From Lingula anatina (lineage: Eukaryota; Animalia; Brachiopoda): 64,000 nt of DNA. Below, piece by piece: positions 28,981 through 40,516 of the stretch; position 1 is the first letter of the stretch, and each line of letters opens with the position of its first letter. Under the pieces are notes generated by a model that saw only the letters and a list, made by a program, of their open reading frames with translations, made no database searches and was not told the DNA's origin. Location: NCBI GenBank assembly GCA_051362555.1, contig CM120641.1, positions 25,922,401 to 25,986,400 of the forward strand. The letters are read 5' to 3'. A program made the translations under genes and the position numbers.

Positions 28981-31900
28981 TTTTTATTAAAAAATGTACT
29001 AGGTAGCTGCAAACATCTATACCAACACACAACTTACCAATTTCTAACTCCTTTAAAATAGCACAAGCTAGCCCTGTCTTCACTGCCTCCAGTATGAATT
29101 TTGCCAAGGATTCAGGTCTCTGAACCTCAAAACACCTGTCAAAGCATTGCACACAAAGCCCCACCTTGTCCCTGTGTTCACGTCTGACCCTCTTCTGGAC
29201 CACCTCACAAACCACTGCACTAAGCTCAGCCTCTGAACTGGGGATGTTCTTTAAATACAGTTTTGAGAGACTTTTTGGGGTGCTTTTTTCGCCCTGCAGC
29301 TCCTAAATATGATTAAATGAAGGAATATATGAAATATTGAATGACTGTATTAGGGAAGGAAGGAATAGTATCACACGATATTCTATCAAAATTCATGAAG
29401 GAAATTTATTTGAATCAAATACTTGCAATTGAAGTCTGAACATATCTTCTAAAATTAAATACAGGGTTGCATTATTCTATAATGTAAATGACAAATTGCA
29501 TAATTGGAAAAAAGTGAATAGCATGTGATATTCATACCACTGGAATGTCAAGGACATCAGACAGCAGTAGTGGAACCAGAGTTTCATTTGGCAGTTCTTC
29601 AACACTTTTACTTTCACTTATTTCTTCCACTTTCTGTGCAATAACTTTAGATTGTGTTTTTTTCTCAGGTGACTGTGACAGGAGACAGGTATGTTCTTCA
29701 CTTTCAGGCTCTATTATAGTTTCTGACATGTCAGGACTGTTCCCCTGAGCTATGGGTGTGACAAGTGTTTGAGCTGAGGAAACAGCATGCTGATTTTCTT
29801 TAGCAGTATCATTTGCTGACACTGAAGACACCATAAAACCAGTGTCTGTTTTATCAGTTCCTGTATCTTGTTCATTTTTGGATAGGGTATGTGATAAATG
29901 CGACGTCAATTCTTGACCTGTAAAAGATGTAACCATAATATCTGCATTTACACTTAAATCTTGAACATGCTCAAGAACATTTTGCTCATCTTCTAAGTGC
30001 CCCTGATGTAAATAATGCTGTTCTTCATTAACATCTTTTTTCTCTTGTTTCTGCAGTAAAATTTGGTGACACTTCAGTTAATGGTTTGTTCAATTTTGAA
30101 AGTCAAGCATTCCTTAGTTCATCAGCTGATAGCACTATAAAGAAATAAAAAATTGGGTATAAAGAATAGTTGCATATGATTTTTCACTTTTAAACTTAAT
30201 TTTCAAATTTTGCTAACTTATATTCATGTGCATCTATGCAGAGTGCAAGTGTGCACGAAGTTTTGTAATAGAAATATCTGATAGACTTGAAGAACGATAT
30301 ATTTCATTTTGGTGTGCCAGTAAAAAGAATGAGTGTACTATTACTAACCCCTCCCATGTTGCTGTTGCTTCTTTTGTTTGACTTTTGTTTTTGGTACTGC
30401 TAGCGCACCGGGGCTCCTCACTGAACCAGTCATTTCCGCAGGGGAAGTATCCTGCTGATCCTCTTTAGCAGTATGGGCATTTGTCACTGTGGATATTAGA
30501 GGTTCTGTGTCTGTTTTACCAACAACTGCGGCATCTTCACTGTCTGCTCGATCGTTGTCACAATCATCATAATTTTGTTTCAGTGCTGCTGGACTCTTAT
30601 GTGATGACTCCTGGTTTTCATGTTTCCTCTTTCTCACATTTTTCTGTGAAATGTCACTTTTTCCATCTTTCTGTGGTAATTGTGATGGCTCTTGAGGGGA
30701 AGACCTGGTCAATTTTGATAGTCGCGCATTTCTCAACTCTGCAGCTGACGGTGCTGTAAGAAGATAAAATCATGAGAAGTATTCAACTAATACCTTTGTT
30801 TAAGTTTTTTTTTTCTATTTTAATGAGGCACAAAAAAAAATTCTGCTCTAAATAATGGAGCTTATTAAATTAATCATGATCTGAAACTACATGGTTGTTA
30901 TCACCAGAATAATTTAAAATCATCAGACATCCAGATGAAATATATAAAATATAATTTTGTACATATGTATTATCAAAAGGAACTTCTGATTACTACAGAT
31001 GAAATTATTAAGTTGTCCTACTTCCAGGTGGATTTGGTGTCTTTCTTTTCTTACCTCTCCCTAACTGTTCTTGTCTTTTCCGGGTCATTCCATACCCTAT
31101 GGCTGCCAGCAAGAGCAAGAAGACCACAAGACCTACTTCACGAAAACCAAATTTCCATGGTGGAGTTTCAACCACTGGCACATGCCTGTCATCATGTACT
31201 TGGCCTTTTCTACTTTCAACCACTTTCAGAAGAAGTTCCTTCAATTTCTACAAAATTAAATAGATTTCATAGATAATAAATGATTTTTAAATAACTGATG
31301 TAAAGTTATTAAGGACGTATGTAAATACAGAAATAAATTGAATTGAATTGAATTGAATTGTTAAAACAGATGTCTGGTAAATACCTCCTATCAGTAGGCA
31401 TGCAAGACATCAGAATCCCTTAAGCTGAATGCAATTTAGTGAAAAACCTCTCAGAGATGGGTCGATACTGCTAGATCGATCTAGGTACACCGGAAAAGGG
31501 TCTAAGACTTGACCCAGATGCCCAGCTGAGTGATTAGACCCCACCCCACAATATTATCCTCCTCTGCTCTTGAGCCACTGTTTAAGACTGGGTTCCCATC
31601 CTTATATCGATCTAACAGGATCGGTCCATCTCCACGGGGTCCCTCGATAAATTGCTTTCAGCCTAAGCGGATTCGACGTCTGGGATAGCCACTAAAGCGG
31701 CTAAACGATAGTTAATTACCCCCTATCAGCCTCAGCAGGTGTGACAGTCATTTAAGCTGCCCAAGTTAATTGCAATTAAGTGAGAATCCCCTCGGAGATA
31801 GTTCGATCCAAAGTTAGTACAATACTCTCTGGGAATGGTCTCTAAGAAGCCAGTGTGGGCAGGGTAGTTGCATAAGAGCAGACATGCTGATTGAGTGAGT

Positions 31901-34222
31901 TCCTACAGTGACCTATACTTTAATTTTGTATACTATTTTAGATGTCCCTGATATCAGAGGGTAATTAAAAGGTTACAGTACAATGTCAATTGATAATTAA
32001 TTGTAATTTAAATATATAAGAAAAATAGAGGACTTCTCGTACAAAAATCATGAAATACCCTACAGAATATGACAAATGAAAGTTCTGTAGACCTTATCTA
32101 ATGGGATCCATGTAGTTACATATAGAATCTGCGATTAAGGAGTTACATGGCTGCTTTACCCATGGAATGCATGATGACACTAAAAATTTAGTTAAATGGG
32201 ACTTAGATGGGATTTGTTAACTATAAGGGTGCTTGGGACCTTATGGTTCATGAGAAGTAATGTTTACATTAACTCTCAAACCTTAACAAATGCCAGTACA
32301 GAGCACTATTACATGTATACTTGTAACACTAACAACTGCATACATGTATAAAGTTAACATTTTTAAAACAGAAATGGACATTGTTTATATACATTACCTC
32401 CTGTGATAGCCTTTCAGTAACATCCCAGACAGCTTCATCACTTTCCTCCAGGCTAAAGTAGCCATCTCTATTTAGATCATGAACTATTTTTAAGTCACTT
32501 ATCTCCTAAAAGAGAAAGAAGTGATTAGAACATTTACTTTTACTGGCACTTTCTGGCACTGGTGCAAAAATTAAAATATAAGAAGAGAAAAGAAATGAAA
32601 AAATTAGGCAACAAAGTATTAGGCTATAGTTACTCATAATCATTTACTTAATTCTTTTAGGACCCTCATACATAGATATACCTGCACGTCCACGAACTGG
32701 GTAACAGTAGTGGGTGATCATCTTTAAAAGTCTGTCAAAATATGCCTGTGCGTTGGATTTCAATGGGGGGGTTTTCACGTGAAAGGGGATAGATTTGTCT
32801 TATTACAACAAACAATTTCATGTTTCCAAACATTGCTGTGTATTTAAAATTTTTTTATTCTTACCCAAAAATGACACTAAAACAGAGCTCAAATCTGGGA
32901 CACAGCCATACCAGTCCGTTTTGCAGCTTTACGTTATGGAAAAGAAAGCTCTCACAATAGTATTTTCATGTTTTTTTGGTCATCTCAGGGATCATTTACG
33001 GCACACACACTAGAGAAAACAAAAATTGCTCTTGGTCGCAAATTTTAATTTAAGAAAACAGGTTGTTATGTGTTACTATCATTTCCGTTTTCAACTTCAG
33101 TACAAAGTATCATCTCCCGAAGACATGAACTAAACAAATCGTTTCGTTTCGGGATGTCCCACATTAAAGCATTGTTTACCTTAAGTGTCATTTTCAGCTA
33201 AGAATTAAAAAAAAGTTTAGAATAGTCACAGCAATTTTTAGAAACACAAAATTATTTTTTTAATAATAAGACAAATCCATCCCCTTTTACATGAACCCAG
33301 CACCACTGTAATCCAACACATAAGAATATTTTGACAGTCTTTCAAAGATGTTGTTACCCAGTATTGTGGACGATATATATATATATATGCATGATGATGA
33401 GAGAGTAGCACCTGTTCTGAGAGTTTTAGCTCCTTAACCAATTCTTCAAATGACACTGTTACACCTTGCTGTTTCTCTGTAGCCTCGCTGCAATCAGAAA
33501 AATATGATTCATAGTGTCAAATATTGTACAGAAACCGTAAGAAAAAACACCCATAAATAAAAGGTACGTGTCAATGGAGATTTAATCTTCATACACATCA
33601 AAGGTGAATTTTTGCTGAAATTGTAGAAATTCATTGTCACTGTAGAGATGTCATCACACCATTTTTAAAAATCAATAGATATTTGCAAGAAAAATTGATT
33701 TGAAGTCCATTCTAGTACATACCAAATACATATAAAAGATCATATAAACATACAATTTGCAATCTTTAAAATGGAACAGAGGGGGGGGGGGGGGGGGGCA
33801 AATCATGGCCTATAAACATGTTAATTAAAATTAACAGATTTTAACAAAAGGAAGTATCCATCTAATGATACATTGATACATTCAAAATTGTTATGGTCTT
33901 AATTTTTTGTAGCAATCATGAGCTAACTCACTTAATTAAGTTATTGGGATCTTATCATGTTACAAAACCCTCAGTTTGTATACATTGTGCGTCATGAAAC
34001 TTTAGCAAAAAGGTTCATTTTAAAACCATGGCGGCCTTGAACGGAGAAAGCACCAGCATATAATGGCAATGATTTATAAAGCGAAAGTTATCCTCCTTTC
34101 ACATTTACTGTACATGTATTTCATTAAAAAAATTACGTTTAAAATGGTTTTACAGGTCCTTATACTTACCATGAAAAATACACTACCAAGAAAAATGTCA
34201 TTAAATGCACGAGATTCAGCAT
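15640..34222 (-). CDS. Chimeric type-I membrane protein: signal peptide, EF-hand, TM, VBM-like motif, Ufd2/UBE4 core and BIRC6/UBE2Z-like UBC (E2) domain; 33 exons, ~1579 aa
   Basis: Exons 34170-34222, 33412-33487, 32398-32505, 31055-31247, 30349-30753, 29538-29917 (acceptor inferred), 29038-29302, 28596-28818, 28199-28262, 27995-28060, 27549-27713, 27027-27210, 26429-26584, 25925-26078, 25591-25660, 25145-25264, 24849-24992, 24255-24382, 23513-23680, 23147-23237, 22684-22783, 22354-22448, 21890-21988, 21599-21666, 21055-21271, 20541-20702, 20209-20255, 19730-19820, 19173-19330, 18609-18720, 18057-18149, 16693-16777, 15640-15839; total 4740 nt, all GT-AG and phase-matched. Ufd2-core hallmarks: [32 protein letters not shown]...[54 protein letters not shown]...[35 protein letters not shown] hallmarks: [66 protein letters not shown]. 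Confidence 0.82.
16874..17834 (+). mobile_element. 5'-truncated RTE-clade-like LINE fragment, antisense in intron 31 of the Ufd2-UBC gene
   Basis: Two consecutive ORFs (16873-17385, 17398-17787) encode the 3' end of an RT ([43 protein letters not shown]) with an inserted Cys/His finger. (GAT)7 tail at 17813-17834; AAAAGG target-site duplication at 16868-16873 and 17835-17840; GC-richer than the host intron. Confidence 0.88.
26746..26899. repeat. Compound (GA)n(GT)n microsatellite
   Basis: GA run to ~26790, then two GT runs separated by GCGCGCATTCATGA; intronic. Confidence 0.95.
28910..28977. repeat. (AAAT)n microsatellite
   Basis: About 17 units in intron 7 of the Ufd2-UBC gene; causes the YLFI repeat in ORF 28526-29215. 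Confidence 0.95.
29918..30134 (-). pseudogene. Disabled 5' part of a duplicated exon (second VBM-like copy)
   Basis: Phase-1 acceptor ttatag|TG at 30134 reads [14 protein letters not shown] (TGA at 30103-30105 where exon 5 has CGA). It is then one base out of frame with the downstream KQEKKDV...MVTSF frame. Confidence 0.7.
31394..31693. mobile_element. Degenerate foldback element (MITE-like) in intron 3 of the Ufd2-UBC gene
   Basis: Left arm GAATCCCTTAAGCTGAATGCAATTTA...GAGATGGGTCGATACTGCTAGATCGAT pairs imperfectly with right arm ATCGATCTAACAGGATCGGTCCATCTC...TAAATTGCTTTCAGCCTAAGCGGATTC. Confidence 0.55.
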
Positions 34223-34616
34223 GGCTTTAGTATACCAAGGCATTCCTTAAAATAGCTAATATAACATTTGGCAGGCCGACAGTTCAGGTAAACACAACAT
34301 CATTCCAGAGCGGAAATCCTAGAACTGGATCTTGGGCGAATAAAATTAGGTCAAGGGAATCCCCCCAAACTAACAAGTAATGTAGAATAACAATGAAACT
34401 GTTTAAACCAGATTGTTTTTCGAAAATCACACTCTAAGAAGAGCGTAACGACCAATTTCTTCTTTTAAATAACCAGTGGCTTTAAACTGTTTGACGTAAA
34501 CAAGATGTTTTTGGGGGAATTTTCCACAAATTTCTAAATGACGTGTACCGCTATGGACTGTGGGATACATTAAAGACCCAGTTATGTTGCGCACGCGTAA
34601 GCATTCTGTAGGCAAC
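34223..34616. promoter_or_regulatory. Bidirectional promoter between the Ufd2-UBC gene and DNAAF2
   Basis: Divergent ATGs 394 bp apart; CpG-enriched relative to flanks; forkhead cores GTAAACA at 34288-34294 and 34496-34502; CRE-like TGACGTAA at 34492-34499. Confidence 0.6.
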
Positions 34617-37600
34617 ATGGCGTCGAAACGAGGCGGCTTAGAGGGTTTGGATTTGAGTTCTGATGAAATCAAACGTTTAACAAATGCCCTGAAAAATGAA
34701 GAGTTTCGAAAGCTATTTGCAGAATATGCAGAGGAAATATCTGACCCGGAAAACCGCAAACGGTATGAAGAGGAGATCGCGCAACTGGAGTCGGAAAGAG
34801 GCATGGACATCACGTTTGTAAACCCAGACCCTGGATACGTAATAAAAACAACCGTTAATGGTGAGCAAAAGGCCTTCATAAATATCTGTAAGAACGAGCA
34901 CATTGATAAGCCACAAATGACGAAAGAGCTTGGGCCTAATGGAAAGACGAGAGTGGGTTGGCAGATTCCACACAGTTTCTCTCCACCGCGCGATGACTTG
35001 GACAAGGGAGGACAGAAATGCAAAGTTTACGATGTCGTTTTCAACCCTGACGCCTACAGAATGGCAGAGTCTAATGCGCGATTCAAGAAGATGATCCAAG
35101 ACACTGCATTCGATGGCATTGAAAGGCAGTTTGATGTGAAACTGGATCGAAAGAATTTGAAATTTCCGAAGATGAAATTTAAAGGCGTTCCCGTGGCGAC
35201 TGTGATTCGAAAACGAAAGGATGAAGGGCCTAATGAGCAAGACAAACCAGCGACAAAAGTTGAAGGTGATGCAGATGATGATGACCCATTGAGTAAATTA
35301 CCATACCCATATGATAACAAAACAACAGAAGAAAAGAGGATAGTCAGAGAAGAAGAACTGGCAAAACAAAATGCTAAAAAGGCCGAAACTGAAGCAAAGA
35401 CCAAAGTTACAGCAACATCAACTAAAGATCCAGATGCTGCAGAAATTCCTGTATACCACATCATCCATCGCTCAGACATGGACTTGGGAGACTATCGTAA
35501 TGCTCCAGATGCTAAGACCAGCACACGACCCAAGGAATTGGCAGTTGTAGTAACACTACCTCTTTTGAAATCGGCAGCCAATATTGATTTAGAGATATTT
35601 GAGAAAAGGCTGCTTTTAGAATCGGAGACTCCAGCTAAGTATAAGCTGGACCTAAACCTGCCTTATCCGGTGGATGAAACCAAAGGATCAGCCAAATTTG
35701 ATAAGAACAAGCGCCAGCTTATTATCACTCTACCTGTTTTGCCAGCTGAGACACCAAAACTGCCTTCATTTATTGATGATAAAGAAGAAAACCCGCCTCT
35801 GCAGAATGGAACTTTGTCCAATAGTGCTGCAGATGGCAAACCACTGGTTGAAGTGATATCGTCTTTAGAAAATGAAAATCCATCAGCCACTGCCACTGCC
35901 CCAGTGAGCTCAACAAATCACTCAGTGAAACTACAAATTCCATACAGCCTTCCTGAGTATGACATATTCCAAGATGAAACCAATGTCTCCGTCATTATAA
36001 ATGTGAGGAGAGTTGACAAGGCCAGCTGTAATGCCACTTTCACTCAGGCAGGATGCTCGCTGCAGATGACATCATTAGGAAGCGGAGGATTCCCGAACCA
36101 CTACAGTATTTGCCTCAGTTTTCCCGATAAACACTGCCTGGCCAAGGACATGTGCACTGTTGATATTGGAGAGACCAATGTTGTCGTCCTCTTGAAGAAA
36201 AATGAAGATTGTCAAAGTCAGTGGGAAAGCTATTCAGTTGGCCTAAATGAAGACCATTTAGAGGTAGGTTTATATTACTGTAAAAGTGTATATGAAAGGA
36301 TTTAAAAAGATTTTCGTTTTAACTGAAACGGGTATTTTTTTCCTACCCTCTTTCCTTTATTTCTGTGGATTCTGTTGTGTTAGGGAATGTGGAAAAGAAG
36401 TTGCCATCTGTAACATAAAAAAATTATACAAAGGTAAGCGGAGGTTAAATATAATCAGTAACAGAAGTTTGTTTGCAACCAGGAGCAACAGTATTTTTAG
36501 GAAGTTTCTTGATATTTCTTCTGGAGGTTTGTAGGTTTTTAATTAAGAAGTAGGATTATTTACACATTTGACAATAACCTCATTTCAGGGGATTTTTCTG
36601 ACCCAATTATTCGATTATTCATGGGATTCCCCACATTATGAAGGCGTGCATGATTGCGATTGGTTTATTTATGAACCTTTAACATCCCCAATTGATAGTT
36701 TATATTGTAGATGTATGGTGGAATGAGAGAAGTTGTAACAGTGAGTACAGGCCAGCATTACTTTAATATTATAAGATAAGAAACATCACATAGTAATCCA
36801 AACTTGTCACCATGTTAATCTGAGTAGTTAATGTAATACATTTAGTCTGAGGTGGCCACAGTGTTATTTGTCAGTTGTCCACTGACAAGATTTATGGGAA
36901 TAGTATGAAAACATCAGAGTAGTCATCACAATGTTTCAACATTAGTTTGATAGGAATATTGCATCACTGGCATGATTATTTTATGAATTGCAAAATGATA
37001 TGGGCGAAATGTGTGCACAGATGCAGTGAGGTCAGTGAAGAGTGACATTGCAGTAGGTGTGACAGCTGATTGTGTAGATGACGCACCTTGGAGGATTTAT
37101 TGCATAGTGTCGCGGCACATCCTGGTTAAGTGCTTGTGAGATCTGATCAGCAAAACTAGGTGAGATTTGCAAAATAGGTTAAGATTCATTTTTAAATACT
37201 GGTAAATTGCTTCACTTGAAAGAGTGTGTTAAGCATTAAATTGTGAAAAGAGCTATTTTATTGATGAGAGAGAAATATAGTATTTTAAAGAAAATATTTC
37301 AGCTGGTAGAATATATGTCCCTAAATTTTTGTCGCTTGCACTTCTTGATATTTTTCTCAAAATTTTATTGAGTCAGAGTGTGCTAGAATTGGAAGGAAAG
37401 CGATTATGTTAATAAAAAGAAAACTAATACTGTTTGAAAAGACAGGACTGTTGGATGTCAGGGATTCATTTGAACTGATAACCTAGGCAATATTTTAACA
37501 ATGCCTGGACTTGTTTTAATTAAAGCTTGTTCCAATCAGTAGCAGAAACACATTGCTATTCAGCAGTGTGCGACATGTAAAGGTGAAAGATAATGAAAAA

Positions 37601-39984
37601 GCCCTGAGAGATTCCAACCCACATTGTAGTCGGAAATTGAAAACCATTTTCACCTTAACCTATAACTTTCAGAAACCTAGACCTTTTAAACCCAGATTTG
37701 TAGACAGAAATAATTGAAAATCATATTCTCCTTAACCTATGTGTTTTATACTAGGAAAACGGTGAATGTGAACAGCTTAAGTAGGTGTGCTAAAGGCTTA
37801 TTGCATAGACTATAAGGATATAGTATATATGGGGCATGCAAGATATAATATAGGTAGCAGGTTTATTGCTTGTTTGTCAGCCAGGTGTGTTAATGGATTT
37901 TCGAAACGTTAAAACATCTCATTTAAAAGTGCATTAATGGTAGTGCATGGGAATTTGTTGTTTTTTTTTTCACTACCTTTATCCATATATAATTATCAAA
38001 GGTTGCAGAACATTTTTTATCCTACTGAATTTTAACTTATACACAGAATACATCTAAATTACAGAAAATCTGTATTTGACATCTGTAAATTACTCTGTTC
38101 CAAATGATTTCTTTTATTCAATAAGCACTGCCCCAACATTTTTTGGGCATCTGACCTTTGGTGTTATGAGTACTATGGTCAGTAATAATGAAAGGTTGGG
38201 GGGGGGGGGGTAGTGATAGAAATGGGAAATTAGAAATCAACTCCAGTGTTGTTGAAATAGTATGAGGTGGCAAGACATTGCCTTTCATTTCCCTGCTGAT
38301 GGCTAAAATTGATTATAGGATCCACATATTTTGTATCCATTTGCTGTGTTGGAAAAAAGTAAATACTGCCTATAGATCTTTGCATCCGCATGCTATCGAG
38401 TTTAACAGTTTGACAACTCAATTTACATGACAAATCCATATGATTTTAAGATGTATCTTTAGATTAGTCCTGTGAGAAAAAAAAACTGAGTTTTATCTTT
38501 GCTGAAAATGACTGTCATTGAAAAGTATGTTTAGATCTTTTGAGAAGATGGAGATGCACAGTTCATGACAGTTGTGATTATGTGATGGAAAGCCGAGCTG
38601 AAATCTGGGTCGGGATTGGTTTTGTGTGAAATAGATATGGTGACACTGCTGATTTGAAAAGCTTTGCTTCACGTAACATTTGATAACTGATGTATTGTTG
38701 CTCATGATGCAAATGTTTGAAAGCCATTTGTTTAGATCCTTTTTTCTTTGGTGAAATACTGAGGTGTGGCATTTAAACCATGTTTTTTTTATTCTAGCGA
38801 TTGCATTGTCTTTGCGTTCTTATGATATTTTCAAAATACTGCAATTCCCTTGAGACTGATAATGAATAGAAAACGATTATCTGAGCTTTATTGAATTGAT
38901 CAAGGGGATCTTATTGATATGTTTGCGGTTAAGATGATAGAGTATAAAATCTATTAGGGTCAGATGCTCAGTTTCCATTTCAAAACCTGCTGCACTTGCA
39001 ATCCATCCCCTTAACACTAATTATCAGTCTCAAAATTGCTCTAATCAGGAATAAAAAAAAACATGCCAAATGGAATAAATGACCCGCAATTAAGTTATTA
39101 CGTCAGTTGATTACTATTGTGCGGATTGTTAATTCTAATTGTTGTACAACAAAACAAGCAACAGGTTTAAATCCGGTCTTTTCCCTCTCCATTATAAATC
39201 ATTGTTGTCGTCCAGGGGTTTTGGGTTGTACCTTAGGCCATGCCAGCTCATGTAGTTATACATCAACAGCATTCAGCATCATCACAAGCGTATATGAATA
39301 GATTTAAATAACAATTGCTGCAAGGCGACGTGACAGCTATCTGGTCACAAATACATGCCACACCAGTGATTTTCTAAAGCCTAACCTAGAGTGTTTCATG
39401 CAGAAAGGCTTGTGTGGTAGAGTCTCTGCAGAGAAAACGGGAAGATTGACATGCAACTGCTTGTTGTAGCGTATGATACCAGGAATAGTAAGAGATAGCT
39501 ATAGTAGAAACGCTGAGTGTTAATTCTAGCAAAGCTTATTGTGAGTTACTTTGGGGAAAATATAATTGATCTCTGCATCAAGTGGTATAGACATCATCAC
39601 ATAAATCGAGGCTGTGGGTTTGAATCCGGGGAGTTGATGTTTGAATGGCCTGGGAGAAGATGGAAAGAGGTGGAGAAAACACGAGGCTGGGCGGTCTTCC
39701 CCTTAGTTTACCTGTAGTTCTCGAAGTGTGTGGATACTTGGCCAGTGCATTGGTGACAATATGGACCCAGTATGTGACACTGGGTCTGGTGACATTGCTG
39801 TGGGTGGTGACACATATTACCCAGGGTCTCATAGCTCTACTCTGTGGGGCAGTGGCAGTGGTTCATGTCATTGTGGTAAGTAGGGAATTGAAATTGAAGA
39901 GAGCTGCAAGACATGAAAATTGAAAAGATATAACCTAGAAGCCTAGGATATAAAGCTATTCTTTGGAAAGAAACCTAATAAATG

Positions 39985-40035
<51 letters not shown>

Positions 40036-40480
40036 GGGATTCTGTCTTTTCTTTTAAAAACACCATTGAAATTAAAAGATGGAAGCTTAGATTTTTTTTA
40101 TATGCTGTGATCATTCTGGAGCAGCAAATTTCCAATATTTCTTTTTTCCCCCAAGATGTTGCTAATGTTTCCCCAGTGCTAATGATGATATGAAAATCCT
40201 CATGAGAGATGATGTGCAATATAGGTTGTGGATTCAACTTTGCAATTTAGTTTGTGCAGAAAACAATCTACCATCACATTGCTTTATGACAGAATTGATG
40301 TGCAAAGCACTTTTCTCATTAAGAAAGGGATTTGAGTGGTTTGTATGATGTGCTAATGGTCATCTCAATTCATTGGATTGGTATTTTATTAGAAGCTTTG
40401 TATTGAATCTTTTAACTTTCCAATTTTCGTGTTTCAGTTACATACTCATAATCCATCTTTCTCTCTCTTTTCTCTCTCTT

Positions 40481-40516
<36 letters not shown>

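Noticed and set aside
30103-30105. In-frame TGA as selenocysteine or readthrough
   Set aside because: It aligns with an Arg (CGA) codon in the duplicate exon and is followed by a frameshift; a CpG transition is the simpler explanation.
34560-34616. ORF-track N-terminal extension of DNAAF2
   Set aside because: It begins at GTG; kintoun similarity starts just after ATG 34617, which has a good context (AACATGG).
34427-35896. Long minus-strand ORFs (198, 175, 141 aa) overlapping DNAAF2 exon 1
   Set aside because: Antisense shadows of a long coding exon with no recognisable motifs.
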